Below are positions 45,379 to 64,000 of a stretch of 64,000 nt of DNA, piece after piece. Under the pieces are notes generated by a model. That model was not told the DNA's origin, did not search any database, and was given only the letters and a program-made list of their open reading frames with translations. Numbering within the stretch: position 1 is the stretch's first letter; every line of letters starts with the position of its first letter. Both the position numbers and the translations under genes were made by a program. Origin of the DNA: the human T2T-CHM13v2.0 reference genome, Homo sapiens; assembly GCF_009914755.1 (NCBI RefSeq), contig NC_060930.1; one strand, 5' to 3'.

Positions 45379-45745
45379 TGATATGGTTTGGCTGTGTCCC
45401 CACCCAAATCTCATCTTAAATTGTAACTCCCACAATTCTCATGTGTCATGGGAGGGACCTGGTGGGAGGTGATAGAATTATGGGGGTGGGTCTTTTCTGT
45501 GTTGTTCTCATGATAGTGAACGAGTCTCATGAGATCTGATGGTTTTAAAAACAAGAGTTTCCCTGCACAAGCTCTCTTTGCCTGCCGCTATCCATGTAAA
45601 TGTGGCTTGCTCCTCCTTGCCTTCTGCCATGATTGTGAGGATTCCCCAGCCATGTGGAACTGTAAATACAATAAACCCTTTTTCCTGTATAAATTACTTA
45701 GTCTTGGGTATGTCTTTATCAACAGCATGAAAATGGACTAATATA
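45379..45745 (+). mobile_element. THE1 solo LTR (MaLR), 5-bp TSD CCTTC
   Basis: tgatatggtttggctgtgtcccc...ggactaatata; TSD at 45374-45378 and 45746-45750. Confidence 0.93.
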
Positions 45746-46652
45746 CCTTCTCTTTCCACCAACTGACAAATTCTAGAAAAAAGAATTCAAATAATTTAAT
45801 GAAAATAATGATTGCATATTTTTGAGTACTTTCTTGCTTATTTTGTAATTTTCATTACTAACAAGTGGAATTTTCAAAATTAGAGGAAAATAATGAATCA
45901 CGGAAGAGAGGGAAAAAAAGAAGAAAAACAGGTGACTAATCTCTTCTCTTCATACCCATGGTTAATTAACCAGTTATTAAAAATAAAATAGTATATATAG
46001 TCTCATCTTCCTGTATATACAATGTAAGTTGTGTATATACACAACTTCTAAACAGAAGAGATAGCCAAGTGGTACATATAAGATTGTATAAGAATGCCTT
46101 ACAATGAGATGTCTTTCTAGCTAGTGCTTCAGGTCCCCATGGCTACATGAAGTATATCCAAATAACAAGTTTGCTTAAATAAACTAAAAACAGAAGAGGA
46201 TACTGCTAAGGAAGAACTGTCAACAGTTGAAGGGCAGAGATTTTCAAGAGGACATGAGGAAAAAGGTCTTGCTTGCAGCATGAATGAAAGAGGTCATTAA
46301 TTTTCAAGAAAAAAGGAAAAGCACACGGTGTCTTTTTTTCCTCTATAGAAATATCAGGTTGAGCAAGTATCTGCTGAGCATACATAAAAGAAATGACTTC
46401 TATGGTAAAGACCATAGTAGTATCAAATGCTCATACCTAATTTAGTAGGTATGAGGTGTCAGAAAGAATAGATTCTAGGCTTTTAAGCAATAACAGAGCA
46501 AACATGCAGAAAAACAAATGACCTAAAAGTTAGAAATGAGAAATGGAAAAAAAAAAAGGAGGTAGGAGAGGCTGCTCAAAAATGGCAGGAAAATGGTACT
46601 TTTCTAACTTGAGTTATTAACCTAAGCCATATTAAAATTAATTTAATGGTTA

Positions 46653-46722
46653 TGTAACTTTTTTCCATGCATATCATGAAAAGGGGTTGTAACTTTTTTC
46701 CATGCATATCATGAAAAGGGGT
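46653..46722. repeat. Perfect 35-bp tandem duplication
   Basis: (tgtaacttttttccatgcatatcatgaaaaggggt)x2. Confidence 0.95.
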
Positions 46723-46825
46723 TCCTTATCTGCCTTTTACATTGAAAACAGAAGACTCTGTAGTTATTTTATGTATTATTATTACAAGTCAAAAGCTCCC
46801 ATATTTTTCAACTTTAGAAAATTGA

Positions 46826-47305
<480 letters not shown>

Positions 47306-47540
47306 TTAGGAAACCTTAAGTTTTATATTTACTAACCTCTTTGATACAGCAAGGCACAAATAATTTCATAAATAATATTCTTAACAAAAGAGAATCTTTG
47401 ACAATGTTTAAAGTTAGCCAATGTTTGAAAATTAACCAATGTTTAAGTTAACTGCTTAATACATGAAGTGGCATGGTAAAACAAAACAAAAACCCCACTG
47501 AACTTTTCAGTTCTTAAACCTAGTTCACATACTCATTTGA

Positions 47541-47874
<334 letters not shown>

Positions 47875-49262
47875 GAAGACTTTAAAGTATATATTTTAAA
47901 TATCAGAAATTCAATACCTCAAAGCCAACAAGTGTTTATACTGTATAACTCTAGGTTCTCTACTATAGCATGTATTATTAACAGAGGGTTGACATAAATA
48001 ATGATGATAATAACAACAACAAAGTTGTAACTGTTTAGTGAATCTTAAAAATGTGCTATGTACTATATATTATCTCAGTTGACCATCAAAAGGGTTCATT
48101 TTAAAGAAGAGAAAACATGCTTAGAAGTACTCATTATCCAATGTCACAAAGCTGGTTAAGTGGCAAGCTTTAAGTTTTAAAAACTTAACATTATAATAGA
48201 ACCTAATCTGCATAATACACAAATGTACCATTTATGTAACTGTAATAATCTGAAGACATTATGTAATTATAATATTTTAAATAATTTTTGCTTTCTTTTT
48301 TACTGGTTTTAATGCTCATCTCAGAATAAAGTTTCTCTGGTCATCCTGAACACATGAACTTCCTATAAAATACTGTTAATCAGAAAAGTTGTAGCTGTAC
48401 AATGGCCTTTTAAAAAAATTCATGTCTGCCTACTGAAAACTGTGCGAGGGGATAGACTATCAAAGCACGTATGTGACACGGTTCCTTAAATCAACAGCAG
48501 TAAAACTGAGGGACATGCACTCAGCACATGCTTACATCATGGTAGAATACTCAGTTGGGCAACAAGTGAGTAATGTGTCTCGATGGGAAAATTATGTCTT
48601 ATAGTTGTAATTTTTTTACCTTTATATTTTAAAATGAAAGTGGATGTAACAAGTCAAAATAGTGGTGACTCTTGGAAAGACAGTGACTAGAAATAAGAGA
48701 TGTGATGGACATTGTGGTTTAGGTCCTCTTGTTTTTTATCTGGTTGCTGATTACATGGGTGTGCTCAGTATTTCAAAATTCATTGAGTTGCACTATTGTG
48801 ATACCACAGACTTTTCTATAGGTATACTATATATCAATTAAAAAGTAAAAAGCAAAAAAAAAAAAAAAGAATGAAATGCAAGCTGCTGACGGTTAGTGAT
48901 TTCTGAGTTGGTTAGCGATTTCTATTACTCTTTTTTATCAAGTGTCTGAATTGGTTTAGTTAACCAGTATCCATAGACTGCAAAGCAAGCTGATTAAAAA
49001 GTTCCCATTTGCAGCTATTTATGTGATAAAATAAGAATATTTTTATACTATTCAACAAAAACAAAAAACACAAACACATTGGACGGCTGATGGTGATATG
49101 AGACCATAACAAATCTCAATAGTTTCTAATTTCAAAAATTCCAAAAGACCATTACTGTCCTCATCTATTTTATGAACAAATGTAACAAACATAAGTTTAA
49201 ATATTTATCCTGATAAAGTATCATTTTTACCTATGAGAGAGTTCTACATAAGATTTCAACTG

Positions 49263-49629
<367 letters not shown>

Positions 49630-50082
49630 TCAAAGACCTTTATAAGCTTTAGGAAAGTCTAGTTGGTCTCAGGTATTTCAGAATTTGGGGATGGGGTGTA
49701 GCTTTTTCCTAGAGAAAGAACTATGGAAAAGCACAATAAGACCAAAGTCCCATTTCTCCTACACATGGCAGATTTAACTGAATACTCTGGAGAGGCATAG
49801 AAAATTAGTTAACGTTCACCTACAGTGCTACACTATTATCAACAGCATTTATTCATTTATTAACAAATATTTATTTAAAACCTCACTTTACTTGGCCTAC
49901 TAGCATTGTGTCACCATCAGCAAGTTCCAATTATTTAAATTATTATTATGGTAGAAAAATGTCAGATTTAAAGTTTTCATTATCAATATAGTTATTATAT
50001 ATATATTTCCTTAGAAATGTAGTCATATTAGTCATAAAGCATTCCATATTTAGAGAACAGTCAGGTTTCTAAACATTTTTAC

Positions 50083-50199
50083 CTGTTCCTGTCATTTCAT
50101 TCTCAGTCATTTCTGGTAGGCACCTTGGCTTAGGTGTTATTTTATCTTGTTCATCAAGATTGACCTCTGCAACAGAGTCTAATGAATCAAGCAGCACAA
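50083..50199 (-). CDS. CEP162: CEP162 exon (~9), 117 nt, VLLDSLDSVAE...NEMTGT
   Basis: cttcCAG acceptor, CAG|GTAAA donor. Confidence 0.93.
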
Positions 50200-50290
50200 C
50201 TGGAAGAATATAAAAGAAAAATATAAGGAATGTAGATAAACTCAGTGGTTCTGTTGATCTAATACAATTATTTTAAACATATGCAATGCA

Positions 50291-50678
<388 letters not shown>

Positions 50679-51030
50679 TTACAAGCATGTTTTATCTATG
50701 TGTGTGTGTGTGTATGTATATAACAAATATGATCTTCTTCCGATGTAGAAGACAGTAGGCTAACATCAACATACATATCTATGCTTATGAACAGCCTAGT
50801 ATACATGTACACATGGAAGGCAAAGGGCATAAGAAAAATAACAAAAAAAATCTTAAATATAACAGAATGGATTCAAGATAGAAACACATTATTGAGAAAA
50901 GCTAGGAACTTCAATGCCTTAGAAATATTTAAAAACAAACACAGATAGTGACTCATTCAGAATTACTGAGATGAAATTCTGAACAGACTAATTTTTTGCC
51001 AACTAAAACATGAATATAAATAATATTTAC

Positions 51031-51061
51031 CATTAGCAAGCATGCCAGTTTTTTCTTCTTC
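51031..51061 (-). CDS. CEP162: CEP162 small exon (~8), 31 nt, EEEKTGMLAN(V)
   Basis: tttAG acceptor, ATG|GTAAA donor; needed to bridge phase 0 to phase 1. Confidence 0.9.
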
Positions 51062-51677
51062 CTAAATTAAAAAAGGAAAATGATGATATGTTTTGAAACC
51101 AAAATTATGTAAAATTACCACAATGCAAATAATAGCAAAATCTGAAATCCAGGGCTTTTTATTCCACATTGAAACGATCAGGAACTGTGTTTTCTAGGCT
51201 TCTTTCACCACTGACTCTCATTTATCAATAATTCTTCAAGACTAGCTCTGACAGAATGTCTAAAATTCTCTTCTAAAACTTGGCAATTACCAAAATTAAT
51301 TTAGACCTTAAAAATTCTTGCTTAAAGTATTTAAGTTCCATTTGCTCATCTACCTTGCTCAAGAATTCTCTGGTTTTTTTGAATGTCAAGATAACAGAGC
51401 TATTTCACACAAGAGTTCTGCAATTATAGCATTACCAGTCTATTTTCCCTTACTGTTCAAAATTAATGACTAAATCTTGTACTCATTATTTCATCTATGT
51501 TTCAAAAGATACAACTTTCAGAAAGACAGGCCACCAAACAGCTAGACAGCTGAAGTTCTTCAATATTAGAGGTTCCCTTAGAATAACTTTTCCTATTAAT
51601 ATCACCTATACCTCCTACTTGGGTAGGCAGTTTGTGGGACCTTCCAATAACAGAGCTTTAATCCCTTCCTATTTTGA

Positions 51678-52040
<363 letters not shown>

Positions 52041-52742
52041 GACCTATTCATTTTTCAATAAAATATTGTAATTGCCATATTCCAAGTATAAATCTCATTA
52101 AATTTCTAAGGATATTCATCAATCACATTAATTTCTATGTTATTTCTAAGGTCATCTCATTTTTTCCTCAAAACTGAGTGACATGTAGACACCCCAGGAC
52201 CAAATACTAAGTAAACTTGAAAATAAGAAGATTTATAGACACCTGAAAAGTGTTTCTTTTGAGTCCACGTTTTCATTCATGTTAAAAACATCTAGTCCTA
52301 ACACACAGTACCAAAGAGACTGTGCCCAGATAGAGACCAAAATAATAAATAGTAATAACACATAACAAAACAACAATATTAATTGTTCTACTAGCTACTA
52401 TTAGATAGCTTCAAAGATAAGTTCTATAAGGTAGGCAATATGAAGTAGTAGCCCTGAACAATTCTTGGTAAGAACTGGGAAATGTGAGAATTAGAGTATG
52501 AAGCACCACTGAATGTGAATGGAATCATGTAGTTCCTTATCTTAGCCAAGTAAGTTTCAGACGTTAATGTTGTGACTAGCATAATTATTAGGGAAGGACA
52601 TTTACTATACTTCATAAAGGCAAGTCATACCAAAGAAAAAGTATAAGTTAACATACTTGTTTAAAAATTAGTTTTGAAATTTTAATTAAGCTTTCAATTT
52701 CTAAAGCTTAACTTAAGCTTAACTTATTTGCCAAAATAAATC

Positions 52743-53045
52743 TTTTTTTGTTTGTTTGAGACAGGGTCTCACTCATCAACCAGGCTGGAGTGCAGTGACA
52801 TGATCACAGCTCACCGCAGCCTTGACCTCCCTGGCTCAAGTGATCCTCCCACCTCAGTCTCCTAAGTAGCTGGGACTACAGGCATGTGCCACCATACTTT
52901 GCTAATTTTTTAAAAATTTAATTTTTGGAGAGATGAGATCCCACTATGTTGTCCAGGTTGTCCTTGAGCTCGTGGGCTCGAACAGTCCTCCTGCCTCAGC
53001 CTCCCAAAGTGCTGAAATTACAGGCATGAACCACTGTGCCTGGCC
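52743..53045 (-). mobile_element. AluJ-like
   Basis: Diverged dimer with J-type motifs. Confidence 0.92.
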
Positions 53046-53274
53046 AAAAATCTCTCATAAAATCATTAATTGTCGTAATTTTTTTCATTAAGATTTACAT
53101 TAATTTAATATCTTGAGTTAAGAAAATGTTTAACTGAGTATTAGGAGACCTGTAAGTTTACAACAATAAGCAAGATTATGAAGAACTCCATTTTTTGAGC
53201 TCTTCATATAGCAATAGGCAGCCAGGTTGAGAAAAAAGTTGCAAAACTGTCAAATATATAATTGATATATATAC

Positions 53275-53390
53275 CTGTTTGGGCACACTTATTTTTTCTG
53301 ATTTGGAATTCTCTTTGGAAGGCATCTCTTCATCTTTAGTAGTCAACGGTGCACCAACATACTCATCTTCAAAATCATCACTGTAATTTT
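53275..53390 (-). CDS. CEP162: CEP162 exon (~7), 116 nt, NYSDDFEDEY...ISVPKQ
   Basis: ctttcttCAG acceptor, CAG|GTATA donor. Confidence 0.93.
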
Positions 53391-53530
53391 CTGAAGAAAG
53401 TAATTTTTAAAAGTACAAAGACCACATTGTTAAAAAAGTCAAATTCCAGGAAAAGGCTGTTGATTTCGAAAGGAAGAAGTCTGTATAAGAATAGTTTATT
53501 GAAATAGTAACATAAAGATGTCTTTAGAGA

Positions 53531-57017
<3,487 letters not shown>

Positions 57018-58379
57018 GAACTTTTTCTTTTGCAAACATTTAATGAGAGTTCAATTTATAAGACTATCTTTGGTTTCTGTCATTATGGTACTTTCAAATA
57101 GTTCTCTGAGTTTTATATTTTTAGTCTTTTATATTATTAACCAAATAAAAATTTCTAGAGCTGCCCAAAGAATCTTGAATTACCTTTAAAATAAGACTTT
57201 AATATTTATTTTTAAAAGACAAACATGACCAATTGCTTACTTATAAAAGGAAGGACCTTTGTGAAATCTTGCCACTTTTAAAAAGGTTGGATTTTGTTTT
57301 TCAGGTTGATTGATTTTTTTTTTTTTTTTTTGTCTCTACAGGTATCTCTACTGTAAGTCTTAACTAGTACTTATGAAAGATCTCTGACCCTTCCCTTAGG
57401 TAAATACTGGCCTTATACAACCTTTGCTGTTTTCCCAATCCTGAGTGCTTCTTATCTGAAGCCTCCAAATTATATCTCAATGACTTTGTGCAGAAGGAAA
57501 AAGTGTCTCCATGTTAACTGAGGCATTCAGTCTACTTATGGGGAAGGTTGGACAGGAATTATTTGGCCAGGATCTCTTCCTCAATTTTTAACTTGCTCAC
57601 AGTATTAATTTAGATCTGTAGCTATAAAAGGGGAACACCTTTTCAGAGTGGAACTGATCATTTTGGAAACAAACATGATCTAATTTGTATTTCAAAAAAC
57701 TGCATCACACTGAGAAACAGGATGGCTTGATGGGAAAAAGACTACATAAGGTACTAGAGTCTACTTCTGGAATGGCTGTTTTTTACTCTTTTGTTAGAAT
57801 GAAGACGAAGACGACAACTTGTGTGTAATTAATACTGGAAGTGAAGAAATGAATTTGAGAGGGTTTGGGAGTGAAACAGGGATGCTTCCAGTGAGATCTG
57901 GCTACAGAAACATCTACATTTTAGTTCATAAGAAATATGAGCTTGGAACAGCATGTGTATTGTAACTTAGGTAGATAAACTAGGTTAGTTGGTTAACTAT
58001 GTCAATATTTGTATTCTGAGGCTGAGAAGTTCACTTTTGTTTCTCTTCCACATGAGAAAGAACACTGCTTGGGATTTTCTAATATCAGTAGACATATAGT
58101 TAAAATCACAAGATAGTTATAAGTAATTACTTTGTATTAGGCACACTTCTAAGTGCTGTGAACAATACAAGTTGATTAAGACTTTAGTAGTCTAGGTGGG
58201 AACCACCGAATTTTAAGTGACCCTCGAGATTAGACTTGCTTAAGAAAAGATGATGAACAAGGAAAGAGGAGATATGGGAGAATATGACACTGAACTTGGA
58301 CAACTACTTAGGATTTGGGAACTAATAGGAGGCGCTGTGGTGTGTGTGTGTGACTGCATAAAGAAAGTGTTAGAAACAG

Positions 58380-58968
<589 letters not shown>

Positions 58969-59559
58969 TATTATAGCTACTGCTGTACTTAATCTAAATC
59001 AAAAGTTAATACAGCCAAGTATGATTTCTGATTGGGAAAAGTGCCAATCTAATAAGCATTCATCAAAACTACATTTTATTATTTTCATTTAGTAACTAAG
59101 CAGCCTACAGGCAAATACTAGCATCCAGTACATGAATGACTGACTTCCTCCCCAGAAACCTGTCATGAATAAAGTACGTCTGAAGTAAGAAGGAAGTGTC
59201 ATTAGTAGACACAGAGACAAATGAGAGACGAGAAACAAAGAAAAGGAAAACAGCACATGTCAGAGATTTCAGGAACAAACATCAAGGCAAATTAAGTTTA
59301 TATAAAAATGAAAGAGTAAAACAAATTTGAGAGGGTGATTCTTATATGAGAAACATCAGAGATAATATCTAGACTCTTCCACATTGTTCGGAAAACAATC
59401 AGAATATTTACTTGTACCACTCTGACCTTTTTCGCAGGTAGATGTTACATATTCAAGTTACTGGGTTTCTATGATTCTCTATCCTTGTAACTTCAAAAAT
59501 GTTATTTTGAGAAATAAAAATGTTCTTAAAGCTCAGATAAACCATATGAATTGTAAAAG

Positions 59560-62070
59560 AACCTTTTGGAAGACATTTTTCATCTTTTGTTGGCAAACTT
59601 AGCTGCAAATTTTTAATTTTTTGCCAATCTAGAGGACTTTCTCCTCTGCCATGTTGGAGTTAAAGGGATTGTACTTTCTTTGTAAACAACACAATATATA
59701 AAACAACTATTTTCAGATATTAGACAACTGGCAGCAAAAAAATGTGATTCCTAAGAAAACAAGTGAGCTAGCCTACAATTACCTGAAGGCACATATGTTC
59801 TGAAGTAGTGAGCAGGGGCGGGGAGATTGGGACAGTATCACTGAGTAGAGGAGAGCGAGATAAGTTCAGAAAGGCTGAGGCAATTTATAAAATATAAGAC
59901 AGTAATCAAGAGAGGAGGTGCCTAAGTGAAAACAAAGCCCCAGAAATCTGCATAGGGTGCCCTTGAGTCTTTGCTGAATACTAAGCTGTTAATGCATAAA
60001 ATGAGCCAAGAACAAGTGGGATGCTGTAAGTTAGACAATTCTCACAGTTCATACAAGACAGGGAGACTTTTGAACTCTAATCTGCTTAAGTGGAGAGACC
60101 TCATTGATCACTAGGGGCATTGGGATGTGCCTTAGCAGTAGGGTTAGAGGTTACTAGAGCTACTCTAGACTTCTGCTAACAAAGCATAAGAAAAGCCTTG
60201 AAAAAAATCAAGTGGTAGGATCAACTACTTACCAGACAAGGCTCAATAATACTCTTTAAAAGAAGAAAATAAAATCCAGACACTGAATAACATAAAATTC
60301 ACAATACCCAATATCCAATAAAAAATTACTAGACTTCTAAGAGGCAGGAAAAAGTGTCACGAAACTAAATAGCCAACAGAAAAGACACACAGAAATGAAC
60401 AAATACTGAGATCTGTAAAATATGTTTAATATTAAGGACTTGAAAAAAATGAACATAATGAAGAAAAATGCTAAAGAATTTTAAAACAAAGATCCAAAAT
60501 GAACTGTTAGAGTGAAAGAAAAAAAAAAAGGATGGGATTGGGCCAGGCATGGTGGCTCATGCCTGTAATCCCAGCACTTTGGGAGGTCAAGGCAGGCAGA
60601 TCATGAGGTCAGGAGATCAAGACCATCCTGGTTAACACAGTGAAACCCCGTCTCTACTAAAAATACAAAAGATTAGCCAGGTGTGGTGGTGGGTGCCTGT
60701 ATCCCAGCTACTCAGGAGGCTGAGGCAGCAGAATGGCATGAGCCCGGGAGGCGGAGCTTGCAGTTAGCCGAGATGGTATCACTGCACTCCAGCCTGGCTG
60801 ACAGAGCAAGATTCTATCTCAAAAAAAAAAAAAAAAAAAAAAAAGAGATTAATAGCAGATTAAAGAAAGGAAAAAAACCAGTAACTTGAAGCAAAAGAAC
60901 AGTGATAGGAACTGTTCTATTGTGAACAGTGAAGCACAGAAAGAAAAAAAGTTTTTAAAAAATGGAATAGTCTTAGTGACCCATAAAACAAAGCTTAGCA
61001 TTCTAACATAATTAGGGTCAGAGGGCAGGAAGCGGAAAGCAGCATTATTATTAATATTTTAAGAATTTATGGCCAAAATATTTTTTATTTTGATGGAAAC
61101 TATAAATCCATAGATCAATGATGCTCAACCAACTCTGAACAGAATAAATATAAGAAAAGCATACCATGATACACCATAGTCAAATTGCCAAAAAAAAAAA
61201 AGGATAAAACCTTGAAAATAGAGAAAAAAAATACATGATATATACAAAATCACAATAATAGGAATTACCGGAAACTTCTCATGAGAAATAAGGTCAAAAG
61301 ACAATAGAATAAAATCATTAAACTGCCCGAAGGAAAAAAAAACACTACATAAAATTCTGTATCAAGTAAAAGTATTCCTCAAAAACAAAGGCAGAGTATA
61401 TTTTCAGACAAACAAAAGCTGAGAGAACTTGTTCCTAGCAGTAACCTGCACTACAAGAAATGTGAAAGGAGGCTCTTCGTGGTGAAGAAAAATAATTTGA
61501 GATAAATTCAAATCTACACAATGGAATACAAAGCACTGGGAATGGTAAATATATGGATAAATACACATTTTTACATAAATATCTATTATATTCCTTAAAA
61601 GTACTTTTAAATGATAATTGATTGCTTTAACAACAATAATAATAATGCACTGTGGTGTTTTTAAGACATGTAGAAGAAAAACGTTGACAAAAATAGCAAA
61701 ATGGTTGAGGAGAGTTTATTGTTGTTAGAGTTCATATAAATACAGTGATATAACATTATTTGAAAGTAGATTGTGATAAGGTAGACATATATTGTGACTC
61801 ATAGGGCAACTAAGAAAAAAATACAACAAAGAAGAATAGCTAAAAAGCCAAAATAAGAATAAAATGGAATACTATAAGTAATACAATAGAAGGAAGGACA
61901 AAAGCAACAAAAACAAGAAGATGAAAAGAAAACAAATGGCAAAACCGTAAACAACTATATCAATAAATACACTGCTGTAAAGGGTAAAAACACATCAATT
62001 AAAAGGCAGAGACTGTCAGATTGAACAAAAATGCTAAAACCAGCTATATGCAGTCTATGAAAAAAACCTT
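59560..62070 (+). mobile_element. Ancient L1M 5' region/ORF1 remnant to start of ORF2, interrupted by an Alu
   Basis: A-rich, ORF1-like motifs (cctgcactacaagaaatg), ORF2-start motif (aattaaaaggcagagactgtcaga). Confidence 0.7.
60541..60844 (+). mobile_element. AluY/Sc-like
   Basis: Full dimer. Confidence 0.95.
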
Positions 62071-62250
62071 TTTAAGGCAGTTCACTTTCAACAATTTCTT
62101 AGCAGCTCAGTTTATAACACAGGCAAACCCACTCTATTCAAAGCTCTGAGACAATATGATTTTCCTTTTAATTATTTTTCTTATTAATGTCTTTATTAAA
62201 AGCTATATTATCTTTTCAAATATTATAAATTTAAGAACCAATGAAATTAC

Positions 62251-62318
62251 CTGCCAGTTCTTCATGTTTCGATTCATTCTCATGTTCGTCATCAGTTAGT
62301 TCTGCGTTGGCTTGATTA
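62251..62318 (-). CDS. CEP162: CEP162 exon (~6), 68 nt, (S)NQANAELTDDEHENESKHEELA(E)
   Basis: tttttcCAG acceptor, CAG|GTAAT donor; phase fits next exon. Confidence 0.92.
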
Positions 62319-63020
62319 CTGGAAAAAATATTTATTTAATTTAGCATTACATGTTAAAAACATATTCTCATGCAACTCTTTCTGTATACCGTTTTAAAAA
62401 ATCCCTAAAATTATACATGTCCTCTCTCAAGTCCTTTTGTTCTATCAAAAGCTAAAAATTTGGGAACTTTAAGGAAAACGTTTTGAAAATAAAGCATCTT
62501 CGAAGCATTTGATTAATTGCAGTTTAAAAGTAATACAAAGGAAAAAGATGCCCTATTTCTTAAATATACACAATTTTATTACTATGTGCATTTACATGTA
62601 CAAATATTATCTTACAACCCTAGATATCCCTTCTACACTAAAGATTAGAAACTGACCACAAGCTATGAGAACCAGTGAAGTCCATATGAAAGCCAGAAAA
62701 AAAATGCTAAGGTCAGCACTTACATGCTAATAAGCAATTTAATCCTGAAACAGAAGCTGAATAGGAGCCTTAAAACAAAACCTAAGCAAGGGGACAAAGG
62801 AGCTTGAGTATGATTTAATTATATTGGATGTATTAGTTCATATACTGCTTTCTCTCAAACCAAGAATCAGTTCTACCTTTTCAGTCTATCAACCCTATTT
62901 AGTGAGATCGTTAGAGAAACTATAAGACTATATAATAATGATGAGAGCTACAAACACCTAATATTGCATGTTCAATGCTATTCTGTACTTTGACCGGCCT
63001 GTTCTACAGCAGAAATATCA

Positions 63021-63846
<826 letters not shown>

Positions 63847-64000
63847 AGGTAAATGCATTTCTTTATCCACTGTCTATAAAAAACTAACCATCCTGCAGAG
63901 CCTAGGCACTCTAATAATCAGAGATTATGATTCTCCTGACCCTTAATTATACCTTTGTGATCTCAAAATCCTAAATAAAATTATGATCTTCTTTCCATTC

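Overview
Primate (almost certainly human) genomic DNA, AT-rich and repeat-dense, lying entirely inside one minus-strand gene: CEP162 (KIAA1009/QN1, centrosomal coiled-coil protein). I reconstructed 18 consecutive coding exons by hand (62318 to 1841). All have GT-AG boundaries with matching phases, giving 3126 nt of uninterrupted frame; by recall these are about exons 6-23, residues about 168-1210. The introns hold about 18 Alus, several L1s, L2/MIR, MaLR/ERVL/ERV9 LTRs and DNA-transposon relics. Nearly all other ORFs in the track are repeat-derived or chance. I see no evidence for a wholly new gene or biological system. The most unusual signals are retrotransposition architectures: an Alu-L1 chimera inside one TSD pair with a fold-back junction, a twin-primed inverted L1, two L1 copies sharing apparent derived variants (possible ectopic gene conversion), three L1 breakpoints at nearly the same ORF2 position, a 4-level nest (MLT1>L1>Alu>LTR12) that leaves an antisense LTR12 promoter, and a tailless U2 fragment. 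Several splice-site oddities are also noted. Repeat subfamily names and exon numbers come from memory and are approximate.
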